From assembly GCA_002716945.1 (NCBI GenBank), contig PBCF01000002.1:286481-350480 (forward strand): a stretch of DNA of 64,000 bases, given 5' to 3'. Position 1 is the stretch's first letter; each line of letters begins with the position of its first letter. A program made the position numbers and the translations under genes. This DNA is from Gammaproteobacteria bacterium (GTDB lineage: Bacteria > Pseudomonadota > Gammaproteobacteria > GCA-002705445 > GCA-002716945). The notes under the pieces were generated by a model that made no database searches, was not told where the DNA came from, and saw only the letters and a program-made list of their open reading frames with translations. Below are positions 49,135 to 58,701 of the stretch, one piece after another.

Positions 49135-50981
49135 TGTGTGGTATTTGCGGTTATATAAGTTTAAAAGATAATCATAATTTAGATAATCATGCAATAAATA
49201 ATATGGTTAATACTATGCATCATCGTGGTCCCGATGAAGACGGGTATTATAAAAATAATTATGTTAATTTTGGAATGAGAAGATTAATTATTATAGATAA
49301 AGAAAATGGATCTCAACCAATTATCTCAAAAAATAATGAAACAGTAATAATTATGAATGGAGAAATATTTAACTACAAAGAACTTAGAAATATGTTAATT
49401 ACTAATCATAATTCAAAATTCAGAACAAACTCAGATACAGAAGTATTATTGGAAATGTATAAAAATTATGGGACACAAGCAATTAAATATTTAGATGGTA
49501 TGTTTTCATTTGCAATATATGATAGTAAAAAAGATTTAATATGGATTGCTAGAGATAGATTTGGTATAAAACCACTTTATTATTATTATGATGATAAACA
49601 ATTAATATTCGGATCTACTATAGATTCAATCATTGAATCTAAAAAAATTAAAGCTAAAATAAATAATACTTCTGTACAATTATATCTATTACTATCATAT
49701 GTACCATCACCTTTATCAATATATAATAATATTTATAAATTATTACCTGGTCATGAAATTTTTATAAAAAATAAGAAAATAAAAATACAAAAATATTGGG
49801 ATATAAATGAATATATTGATATTAAAAAAGATACAGATGTTAATAATAAATTTGAAAACTTACTTAATTCGTCTGTATTAAAACACTCAGTATCCGATCA
49901 ACCTGTAGGTACATTTCTAAGTGGCGGGCTTGATAGTTCAGTAATAACTAAAAAATACAAATCTCTTAATCACAATAATTTTAATTCATACACTGCTGAT
50001 TTTGATAATAAAAAACATGATGATTCTGTATTTGCAAAAATAGTTGCCAATAAACTAGACATAAAACATCATAATTATAAAATTAACAGCAATGATTTTT
50101 TACCTATAATAGATGAATTAATGGAATACATTGATGAGCCGGTATACGATTCAGCCATGGTTCCTTCATATATACTATCAAAACAAGCTAAGGACGATAA
50201 TTTAAAAGTTCTATTAGCTGGAAATGGAGCTGATGAAATATTAGGCGGCTATAAAAGACATTATAATCAGTTTCCTGATTTTTTAAAAGGTTCGTGTTCA
50301 TCAATCAGTGAAGACGTACTAAACTATTTATCTAAAATGAAATTATTAAGTTTTCATAAACTATTACAATTGAAATATAAATTTATTGGTTATGCCATTA
50401 CATTTTCTGGAATTAATTTAGAAAGTTATAAAATATTAACAAAAAATTGTAATTTTTATACTTTAGAAAAGCAACTATCTAATTATTTTAGTAATAATGA
50501 TAATAAAAATATTTCTAATTTAAAAAAATTAATGATTAGAGATTTGAAAACATATTTAGTAGATAATGGATTAAGTATACTTGATAAAACTACAATGGCC
50601 ACATCAATAGAAGGAAGAGTACCATATTTGGACCATAAATTAGTAGAGTATCTAATTTCTTTAGATGATAGTGTTTATTTAAGTAATAATTATAAAAACT
50701 CCAAATCATTGCTTAGGAATTTAGCAAAAAAGAATAATTTAAAAGAAATCACTCAACGAAATAAAATTGGATTTAATCACCCATTAAACGGAGTAATAGA
50801 TAATAATCATAATCTTAATAAGATAAAAAAAACTATATTAAGTGCAAAGCATATACTTAATGAATTTATTAACTACGATCAAATAAATATTATTTTAGAT
50901 AATTATAAAAAAGAAAATAATGAGAATATTATGAATTTATATATCTTAGCAACTTGGGTTAATAATAAATGTTATCAATAA
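49134..50981 (+). CDS. asnB: Glutamine-hydrolysing amidotransferase, asparagine synthase family (probable sugar amidotransferase)
   Basis: MCGICG, HRGPD, NGEIFN, RDRFGIKPL, LSGGLDSS, GADE, EGRVPYLD. Confidence 0.92.
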   Translation: MCGICGYISLKDNHNLDNHAINNMVNTMHHRGPDEDGYYKNNYVNFGMRRLIIIDKENGSQPIISKNNETVIIMNGEIFNYKELRNMLITNHNSKFRTNSDTEVLLEMYKNYGTQAIKYLDGMFSFAIYDSKKDLIWIARDRFGIKPLYYYYDDKQLIFGSTIDSIIESKKIKAKINNTSVQLYLLLSYVPSPLSIYNNIYKLLPGHEIFIKNKKIKIQKYWDINEYIDIKKDTDVNNKFENLLNSSVLKHSVSDQPVGTFLSGGLDSSVITKKYKSLNHNNFNSYTADFDNKKHDDSVFAKIVANKLDIKHHNYKINSNDFLPIIDELMEYIDEPVYDSAMVPSYILSKQAKDDNLKVLLAGNGADEILGGYKRHYNQFPDFLKGSCSSISEDVLNYLSKMKLLSFHKLLQLKYKFIGYAITFSGINLESYKILTKNCNFYTLEKQLSNYFSNNDNKNISNLKKLMIRDLKTYLVDNGLSILDKTTMATSIEGRVPYLDHKLVEYLISLDDSVYLSNNYKNSKSLLRNLAKKNNLKEITQRNKIGFNHPLNGVIDNNHNLNKIKKTILSAKHILNEFINYDQINIILDNYKKENNENIMNLYILATWVNNKCYQ

Positions 50982-51781
50982 TATGCCCATGTTATAATTC
51001 AGAAACTCATATAGTAAGATTGAGTGACTCATTATTATCACAAATAGAAACTACAAAGCCATATGAAATAATTTTTATTGATGACGGATCAAGTGATAGA
51101 ACATTAGAATTATTACATTCCCATTCAATATTATTTAAAAATAAAAATATTGACATAAAAATAATAACTCAATCACATAAAGGGCCTGGATCTGCAAGAA
51201 ATTTAGGAATAAAAAATTCAAAATATGAATATATTGCATTTATAGATTCAGATGATATTTGGTATAAAAATAAAATCAATGAAACAATTAATATAATTAC
51301 AAAATATGGTAATGAATATAATACCTTTGTCCATGATGAAATATATAAAAAATCAAATGGAGAATCACTAAAAATTACAAGCGGCATTCTCATATCACAG
51401 AATGTGAGTGAATCTTTATATAAAAGAAATTGTCTCTCTACTTCGGCAACTATAATTTCTAAAAAGATATTAGTTGATACAGGAGGTTTTGATGAATCAT
51501 TAATGTCTAGTCAAGATTATGATCTATGGTTAAAAATATCATCAAAAATGAAACTTTATAAAATTAATAAAGTATTAGGAGAATATATTGAGTCTGAAAA
51601 TAGTATTACATCTAAATATTATTTATATAGATGTTTTGATCAATTAAAAATTGCAATTAGATATAAGAATTTTGTAAATTTTCATATTTTTTTAATAAAA
51701 GTATTAAAAATTATATTTAGTAAACAATGGATTTATGGTTTATCAAATATTTTTACAAATAAAAAAGGACATAATTATTAA
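50969..51781 (+). CDS. Glycosyltransferase family 2
   Basis: SIICPCYN, IDDGSSD, GPGSARNLG, FIDSDD, QDYDLW. Confidence 0.92.
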   Translation: MLSIICPCYNSETHIVRLSDSLLSQIETTKPYEIIFIDDGSSDRTLELLHSHSILFKNKNIDIKIITQSHKGPGSARNLGIKNSKYEYIAFIDSDDIWYKNKINETINIITKYGNEYNTFVHDEIYKKSNGESLKITSGILISQNVSESLYKRNCLSTSATIISKKILVDTGGFDESLMSSQDYDLWLKISSKMKLYKINKVLGEYIESENSITSKYYLYRCFDQLKIAIRYKNFVNFHIFLIKVLKIIFSKQWIYGLSNIFTNKKGHNY

Positions 51782-52469
51782 TAATTTAATAATTTTTATT
51801 TTAGTAGGAGGTTTTGGTACAAGACTTAAGACTGTTGTGTCTAATATTCCAAAACCAATGGCTCCAATCAATAACAAACCATTTCTAGATTATAAAATTG
51901 ATCATTTTAGAAATTATTTTCCAAACAATCAAATAATTCTTTTGACTTATTATTTATCTAATTATATTGAAAATTATTACAAAGACTATATAGATATAGT
52001 GTGCATTAAAGAAGATGAACCATTAGGCACAGGTGGAGCATTAAAAAATGCAATACAAACATTAGATCTAAAAAATAATCAGCCTATAATTCTTACGAAT
52101 GGAGATACATACATTAAACCAAACTATCAAGACTTTATTAATTATAATGGAGATATACGCATTATGTGTAGCTACAAAGAAAATATTGATCGTTATGGCA
52201 CTGTTGGTATTAATAATAATATTATTGAAAAATTTTCTACTAAATCAAAATCTAATAATTCATATATAAACACAGGATGTTATTTTTTTAAAAAATTATC
52301 ATTTATTAAAAGTATAAATAAGAAGAAATTTGCTATTGAAGATGAATTTGAAAAAATGATAAAAAAAGAAGAACTTGGAGCATATGTATATGATGATATA
52401 TTTATAGATATTGGTATTCCTGAGGATTATAAATTATTACAAAGAGAGATTAATGAATATGAAAAATAA
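51735..52469 (+). CDS. HddC-like sugar-1-phosphate nucleotidyltransferase (start uncertain)
   Basis: LVGGFGTRL..PKPMAPI, PLGTGGA, NGDTY, FIDIGIPEDY. Confidence 0.85.
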   Translation: MVYQIFLQIKKDIIINNLIIFILVGGFGTRLKTVVSNIPKPMAPINNKPFLDYKIDHFRNYFPNNQIILLTYYLSNYIENYYKDYIDIVCIKEDEPLGTGGALKNAIQTLDLKNNQPIILTNGDTYIKPNYQDFINYNGDIRIMCSYKENIDRYGTVGINNNIIEKFSTKSKSNNSYINTGCYFFKKLSFIKSINKKKFAIEDEFEKMIKKEELGAYVYDDIFIDIGIPEDYKLLQREINEYEK

Positions 52470-53829
52470 AAACTTTATTGTAAAAAAAACAGACACAATT
52501 TTAACAGCACTTGAAAAAATTGAAAAAAATCATATGGGTGCAATTTTTATTGAAGATAAGTCTAAAATAATTGGAATAGCAACCGATGGTGATATTAGAA
52601 GAGCTTTAATGAAAAAAAGTGATATGAGTCAGCAAATAAGCAAAATTATAAATAAAAAATATGTATATCTTTATGAAAAAGATGCTACTAAAGAACATAT
52701 TCTAAAGTTATTGGATACAAGAATTAAAATAATTCCAATATTAGATAATCAACATAAATTATTATCTATTGTTACTGAAAAGAATATAAATTGGAATGAA
52801 AATGAAAAAATTATTTCAAAATCTAAATCACCAGTAAGAATTAGTTTTGCTGGTGGTGGTACAGATTTAACAACATATTTTTATGAAGAATCTGGTATAG
52901 TATTAAATGCTACAATTAATAAATTTACTCATGCTGTACTCGAAAAAAGAGATGATAATAAAATTCAAATATATTCAAATGATTTAAATAAAAAAATAAC
53001 TTTTAAAAATATTCAAGAAATTAAAATAAATGGGGAAATGGATTTAATCAAGTCGGTTATATTAAAATTAGAACCAAATTTTGGATTTAACCTTGTAACA
53101 TATAGTGATGTACCACCAGGTTCAGGGTTAGGAGGTTCGGCAGTTCTTTTAAGTACAATAATTGGTGTATTCAATAATTTTCGTGAAAATAAATTTAATG
53201 ATTATGAAATTGCTGAATTAGCATTTCATGCTGAACGTGTAGTACTTGAATTGTCAGGAGGTTGGCAGGATCAATATGCCACAGTTTTTGGAGGTTTTAA
53301 CTATATAGAATTTAAAAATAATGAAAATATTGTTAATCCTTTAAGAATTACAGATGATATTAAAAGTGAATTAGAAGATTCATTAATATTATGTTATAGC
53401 GGAATTAATCATGATTCAGCAAAGATCCATGATGATCAAAAAAAACAAATGAAAAATAAAAAGCAAAAAGAATTTGCTACAAAATCAAAAGAGATTGCTT
53501 ATCAAATGAAATCAAGATTACTTAAAGGGAAATTAGATGATTTTGGAGAACTACTGGGTAAAGCTTGGAAAATTAAAAAGAAATTTTCATCAAAAATAAC
53601 TACACCATTCTTAGATGAAATTTATGATTATGCTATAGAAAACGGCGCATTAGGAGGTAAATTATTAGGAGCAGGCAATGGGGGATATTTTTTATTTTAT
53701 GTTCCAACTCAAAATAAACTTAACCTAATAAATTCTTTAAAAAACAAAGGTTTATCAATAGAAACTTTTACTTTTGATAATGTAGGACTTAGATCTTGGA
53801 TAACAAAAAGAAAACATGATCATAGATAA
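52453..53829 (+). CDS. CBS-domain-fused GHMP sugar kinase (HddA-like)
   Basis: N-terminal CBS (TDGDIRRAL), then PVRISFAGGGTD, PGSGLGGS, GGWQDQYA, GGKLLGAGNGG; start at ATG 52453 or 52459. Confidence 0.88.
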   Translation: MNMKNKNFIVKKTDTILTALEKIEKNHMGAIFIEDKSKIIGIATDGDIRRALMKKSDMSQQISKIINKKYVYLYEKDATKEHILKLLDTRIKIIPILDNQHKLLSIVTEKNINWNENEKIISKSKSPVRISFAGGGTDLTTYFYEESGIVLNATINKFTHAVLEKRDDNKIQIYSNDLNKKITFKNIQEIKINGEMDLIKSVILKLEPNFGFNLVTYSDVPPGSGLGGSAVLLSTIIGVFNNFRENKFNDYEIAELAFHAERVVLELSGGWQDQYATVFGGFNYIEFKNNENIVNPLRITDDIKSELEDSLILCYSGINHDSAKIHDDQKKQMKNKKQKEFATKSKEIAYQMKSRLLKGKLDDFGELLGKAWKIKKKFSSKITTPFLDEIYDYAIENGALGGKLLGAGNGGYFLFYVPTQNKLNLINSLKNKGLSIETFTFDNVGLRSWITKRKHDHR

Positions 53830-55702
53830 ATACAAAATTGGAACAGCACATATATTTATCATTGCTGAAATAGGCATGAACCATAATGGTAATTATAAAA
53901 ATGCTACAAAATTAATTGATCAAGCCATCAAAGCAGGAGCAGATTGTGTAAAATTTCAAATGAGAAATTTAAATGAATTGTATAGTAAATCAGCATTGGA
54001 TATAACATCGACTGATTTAGGAACACAATACACATTAGGTTTGTTAAAGAAATTTGAATTAAGTTTTGATGATTATAAACGTTTATCAGAATATTCAAGA
54101 AAAAAAGGTATTTTATTTTTATGTACACCTTGGGATAAATCTAGTGTTGATAAACTTGAAAAATTAAATGTCAAAGCATATAAAATTGCATCAGCTGATT
54201 TAACAAATATTGATCTTATTGATTATATAATATCTAAGAAAAAACCAATTATTTTATCTACCGGAATGAGTAATGAGGATGAAATTAAAGATACAATAAA
54301 ATTTCTAAAAACTAAAAAGGCAGTGTTTTCTATTTTACATTGTAATTCAACATATCCAGCTCCTTTAAAAGATATAAATCTAAATTATATAAAAAATTTA
54401 GAGAAATATAATGTACCTGTTGGTTATTCTGGACACGAAAGAGGGATTGCTACATCTTTAGGGGCAGTAGCAATAGGAGCTAAAATAATAGAACGACATA
54501 TAACTTTAGACAGAAATATGGAAGGACCAGATCATGCTGCGAGTCTTGAATTTGATGATTTTGAATTATTAGTTAAGGGAATCAGAGAGCTTCAAAAATC
54601 TATAGGTGTTCAAAACAAAAGGTCAATGACACAAGGTGAAATGATTAATAGAGAGAACTTATCTAAAAGTATTTTTGCAAAAAAATCAATTAAAAAAGGA
54701 GAGCAAATTAAAAAAGATATGTTAGAAATTAAAAGTCCAGGGCAAGGACTATCACCACAATATTTAACAAAAATAATTGGGAAAAAACCCTGTAAAGATA
54801 TAGAAAAAAATAAACCTATTTTCATTACAGATATATCAGGAAAAATAAATTCAAAAAAGATATATAAATTTAATAGAAAGTGGGGTATACCTGTTAGGTT
54901 CCATGATTTAAAAACTTTATTAAATAATTTAAAACCTTCGTTAGTTGAATTCCACTTAAGTTTTAATGATTTGAACGAGGATATTTCTAAATTAATCGCA
55001 AAAAAATATAATTGTGAATTTGTAGTCCATGCTCCAGAATTATTTAAAAATGACCATTTATTGGATTTATGTACGCCAAATAAAAAGTATAGAAATGAAT
55101 CAATAAATAATTTACAAAATGTTATTGACTTAACTGTTAAATTAAAAAATTATTTTATTAATATAAATAAACCTAAAATTATTATTAATGCAGGCGGTTT
55201 CACAAGAGATGATTTTCTAGATCCGGCTTACAAAACTGAATATTACCAAAATTTAATAAATTCATTGAATAAATTAAAGTCCAATGAAGTTGAAATAATT
55301 CCACAAAATATGGCTCCTTTTCCATGGCATTTTGGGGGACAAAGGTATCAAAATTTGTTAGTTTTACCCGAAGAAATAATAAATTTTTGTAAATCTACTG
55401 GTATGAGAATATGCCATGATATTTCACATTCTTATATGACTTGCAAAAAATATAAACTCGATCATATTGATTTTACAGAAAAAATAGCACCACTAGTAAC
55501 TCATTATCACATTGCTGATGCAATTGGCATTGACGGTGAAGGATTACAAATAGGTATTGGGGATATAAACTTTAAGAAAATATTACAAATAATTAATAAA
55601 TATTCACCAGAAGCATCTTTTATACCGGAAGTTTGGCAAGGACATAAAAATAATGGTGAAGGATTTTGGATTGCTTTCAAAAAATTGGAAAATAAACTTT
55701 GA
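53816..55702 (+). CDS. NeuB-family synthase + SAF + xylose-isomerase-like TIM-barrel fusion, copy 2
   Basis: IAEIGMNHNG, HCNSTYP, GYSGHE, GPDH, KSPGQG, then VVHAPE, PWHFGGQ, DISHS, HIADA, PEVWQGH. Confidence 0.88.
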   Translation: MIIDKYKIGTAHIFIIAEIGMNHNGNYKNATKLIDQAIKAGADCVKFQMRNLNELYSKSALDITSTDLGTQYTLGLLKKFELSFDDYKRLSEYSRKKGILFLCTPWDKSSVDKLEKLNVKAYKIASADLTNIDLIDYIISKKKPIILSTGMSNEDEIKDTIKFLKTKKAVFSILHCNSTYPAPLKDINLNYIKNLEKYNVPVGYSGHERGIATSLGAVAIGAKIIERHITLDRNMEGPDHAASLEFDDFELLVKGIRELQKSIGVQNKRSMTQGEMINRENLSKSIFAKKSIKKGEQIKKDMLEIKSPGQGLSPQYLTKIIGKKPCKDIEKNKPIFITDISGKINSKKIYKFNRKWGIPVRFHDLKTLLNNLKPSLVEFHLSFNDLNEDISKLIAKKYNCEFVVHAPELFKNDHLLDLCTPNKKYRNESINNLQNVIDLTVKLKNYFININKPKIIINAGGFTRDDFLDPAYKTEYYQNLINSLNKLKSNEVEIIPQNMAPFPWHFGGQRYQNLLVLPEEIINFCKSTGMRICHDISHSYMTCKKYKLDHIDFTEKIAPLVTHYHIADAIGIDGEGLQIGIGDINFKKILQIINKYSPEASFIPEVWQGHKNNGEGFWIAFKKLENKL

Positions 55703-55723
55703 AAATTATATACTCAAAATCAT

Positions 55724-56455
55724 ATGTTTAATGTATCACAAAAAAAAATATTAATTACAGGCGGATCTAGCGGTATTGGCGAAGCGTTGGCAAAAGGTTT
55801 TAGTGATGCAAATGCAATAGTGGCCATCATAGATATTCAAAATCCAATAAAGTCCAATAATATAGATTTTATTAAATGTGATTTAAGTAAATTGAAATCT
55901 ATTGATCTAGCTTTAAATAAATACAAAAAAAAATATTTTTGCCCTGATGTTATTATAAATTGTGCAGGCGTTGCAATATCAAAAGAATCTCACAACTATA
56001 GTCAAACAGACTGGCAAAACACAATTGATATTAATTTATCAGCTATTTTTTATATTTGTAAACAGATTGGCAAGATAATGATTAAGTCAAAAATTAAAGG
56101 CAGCATAATCAATATTACAAGTATAGGAGCTGAACAAGGCTTTCCGAATAATCCTGCTTATCAAGCTTCAAAAGGTGCTGTTAAACAATTAACAAAGGCT
56201 ATGGCTGTTGATTGGGGGCAATATGGTATACGTGTGAATAATATAGTACCAGGTTATACAAATACTCCAATGAACAAGAAAAGTTGGAATAACAAAAAAC
56301 TCCGCAAGGCTAGGTCAGATAATACATTATTAAAGCGATGGGCTAATCCAAATGAAATGGTTGGACCATCTATATTTTTAGCCTCGGATGCATCTAGTTA
56401 TATTACAGGAATAGATTTAATTGTAGACGGCGGATGGTTAGCTAAAGGTATTTAA
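55724..56455 (+). CDS. SDR oxidoreductase (gluconate 5-dehydrogenase-like)
   Basis: TGGSSGIG, NCAG, YQASK, VDGGW. Confidence 0.88.
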   Translation: MFNVSQKKILITGGSSGIGEALAKGFSDANAIVAIIDIQNPIKSNNIDFIKCDLSKLKSIDLALNKYKKKYFCPDVIINCAGVAISKESHNYSQTDWQNTIDINLSAIFYICKQIGKIMIKSKIKGSIINITSIGAEQGFPNNPAYQASKGAVKQLTKAMAVDWGQYGIRVNNIVPGYTNTPMNKKSWNNKKLRKARSDNTLLKRWANPNEMVGPSIFLASDASSYITGIDLIVDGGWLAKGI

Positions 56456-56458
56456 TTA

Positions 56459-57172
56459 ATGAATAAGAATGTTATTGCAATTATATTGGCAAGAGGTGGA
56501 TCAAAAGGAATACCAAATAAAAATATATTAAATTTTTGCGGAAAACCATTAGTAGCATGGTCTGTCATTCAAGCTAAACTTACAAAAGAAATTGATGATG
56601 TATATATAAGTTCTGATTCAGATAAAATTTTAGAAATAGCAGCAAACTATGGTGCAAAAAAAATTAAAAGACCAAATGAAATATCAGGTGATGAAGCAAA
56701 ATCAGAAGAAGCAATATTGCATGCATTAAATATCATTGATAGAAACTGTGAATGTATAATTATGTTAGAGCCAACAGCTCCATTAAGACAACCAGATGAC
56801 TTATCAAACGCAATAAAGCTATTTTATAAAAATAAATGGGATTCAGCATTTTCAAGTGCTGAATTACAAGATTTTTTAATTTGGAAAAAAGATGAAAACA
56901 ATAAACTAAAAGGGCTAAACTATGATTATAAAATACAAGAGCCTAGACAATTAAGAGAAACAGAATATGTAGAAAATGGTGCAATATATATGTTTAAGCC
57001 AGATATAATAATTAATGAATCAAATAGATTTGGCGGTGAAATTGGAATGATTCCCAATAAGTTTTGGCAGTCATTTGAAATAGATGAAAAAGAAGATTGG
57101 GAGTTTTTAGAGTTAATATTTAATCATTATTTACTCAATGAATATAATAAACGAATGATAGGAAATAAATAA
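56459..57172 (+). CDS. CMP-ulosonate synthetase (NeuA family), copy 2
   Basis: ILARGGSKGIPNKN, SSDS, LEPTAPLR, ENGAIY, EIDE.ED. Confidence 0.9.
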   Translation: MNKNVIAIILARGGSKGIPNKNILNFCGKPLVAWSVIQAKLTKEIDDVYISSDSDKILEIAANYGAKKIKRPNEISGDEAKSEEAILHALNIIDRNCECIIMLEPTAPLRQPDDLSNAIKLFYKNKWDSAFSSAELQDFLIWKKDENNKLKGLNYDYKIQEPRQLRETEYVENGAIYMFKPDIIINESNRFGGEIGMIPNKFWQSFEIDEKEDWEFLELIFNHYLLNEYNKRMIGNK

Positions 57173-57173
57173 T

Positions 57174-58169
57174 ATGAAACCAAATAGAGTTGTTTATCAA
57201 AATGGTAAATATGTTAGCGAAAAAGATGCAAAAATATCAATATTTGATTCTGCATTAATGTGGGGCGACATGGTCTTTGAAATGACCAGGTCTTTTAATC
57301 AAAAGCAACATAAATTAAGAGAACACCTAGAGAGAATGTACACAGGTATCAGAATATTAAGAATACCTATGAAGCTTACAATTGATGAACTTGAAGAAAT
57401 ATGCTACGAAACAATAGAAAAAAATAAAGATGCATTTGAACCACATGATGAACATAGATTATTAATTAATGTTAGCCGAGGACCTTTGGGGATATATTCG
57501 ACAGTTTTTGATAACAAAATGGAACCAACGGTTATAGTTGCAGATTTCCCTCTAAAATGGACTGTGGCTGGCATGGATGAATTAATAGACGAGGGGATTA
57601 ATGCTGTTGTCGTAAGTCAAAGAGCTATACCTGCACATTTAATGGAACCTAAAATTAAAAATAGAAGTAGAATGTGGTATCAAATGGCAAATATAGAAGC
57701 TTCATTATTTTCAGGAAAAAATAATTGGGCATTATTACTAGATACTGATGGATTTATTGCTGAAGGAACTGGTGATAATATATTTTTTGCTAAAAATGGA
57801 AAAGTTTATACTCCTGAACCTAGAAATATATTAATTGGAATTACAAGAAATTATATTTTTGATCTTTGCAAAGAGTTAAACATTGAATGCATTGAAAAAA
57901 ATATTGAAACATATGATGCTTATACAGCTGACGAGTCATTTATGACAGCAACTCCATTTTGTTTGCTCCCTGTAACGAAAATAAATGGCTTAGATATTGG
58001 AAATGGTAAGCTTGGTCCAATAACTCAAAAATTACATGATCAATGGAGTAAAAACGTTGGATTAGATATATTTAAACAAATTAAAGATTACTCAAAAGAA
58101 TGTATTAATTTAAATAAAGACCAACCTACACCATATGTATTTAAAACACAAAACAATGAAAATGATTGA
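57174..58169 (+). CDS. Class IV PLP aminotransferase (branched-chain/D-amino-acid type)
   Basis: GDMVFE, HLER, PKIK (PLP Lys), EGTGDN, LIGITR, ADESF. Confidence 0.88.
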   Translation: MKPNRVVYQNGKYVSEKDAKISIFDSALMWGDMVFEMTRSFNQKQHKLREHLERMYTGIRILRIPMKLTIDELEEICYETIEKNKDAFEPHDEHRLLINVSRGPLGIYSTVFDNKMEPTVIVADFPLKWTVAGMDELIDEGINAVVVSQRAIPAHLMEPKIKNRSRMWYQMANIEASLFSGKNNWALLLDTDGFIAEGTGDNIFFAKNGKVYTPEPRNILIGITRNYIFDLCKELNIECIEKNIETYDAYTADESFMTATPFCLLPVTKINGLDIGNGKLGPITQKLHDQWSKNVGLDIFKQIKDYSKECINLNKDQPTPYVFKTQNNEND

Positions 58170-58701
58170 GTTTAAAAATTTAATTGGAGCTAAAGTAAAT
58201 TTAATTGATCTAGACCTAAAATATCTTGATGATATGTTTGAATATTCGAGTGACAAAAGACTGTATGAGCATTTGGAATTTGAACCTCATAATAACAAAA
58301 AAGATACCGAAAAGTATTTAATTAATTTAATAAAAAGATCAAACGAACAAAATGCACATTGGTGGTTTATTCAACTTAAAGATACATTAAAAGTCATTGG
58401 TTCTTTTGGTATACATGATATTAATATGAACAGAAGTTCATGTGAAATTAGCTATGCGCTATCACCAAAATATTGGGGAGAAAAAATATTCTCTGACGTA
58501 ATGAAATCTGTATTAGATTACCTTATTGATGATTTGTCCTTTCATAGAATAATGGTTACTACTGCAAAAAAAAATATTAGATCAATTGGCGCAATAAAAA
58601 AATTTAACTTTGAACAAGAAGGTATGCTAAAAGACTTTTACCATGACTCAAATAATAATCGATTTGATGCAGTAATTTATTCACTTGTACAAAAAACATA
58701 G
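58135..58701 (+). CDS. GNAT (RimJ/RimL-like) acyltransferase
   Basis: EISYAL..YWG, N.RS....KKFNF.QEG.L; true start probably the ATG near 58156-58162. Confidence 0.85.
   Translation: MYLKHKTMKMIEFKNLIGAKVNLIDLDLKYLDDMFEYSSDKRLYEHLEFEPHNNKKDTEKYLINLIKRSNEQNAHWWFIQLKDTLKVIGSFGIHDINMNRSSCEISYALSPKYWGEKIFSDVMKSVLDYLIDDLSFHRIMVTTAKKNIRSIGAIKKFNFEQEGMLKDFYHDSNNNRFDAVIYSLVQKT

Noticed and set aside
49134-50981. Housekeeping asparagine biosynthesis role for asnB
   Set aside because: Its position between heparinase-like and GT2 genes fits a sugar amidotransferase; the symbol denotes family only
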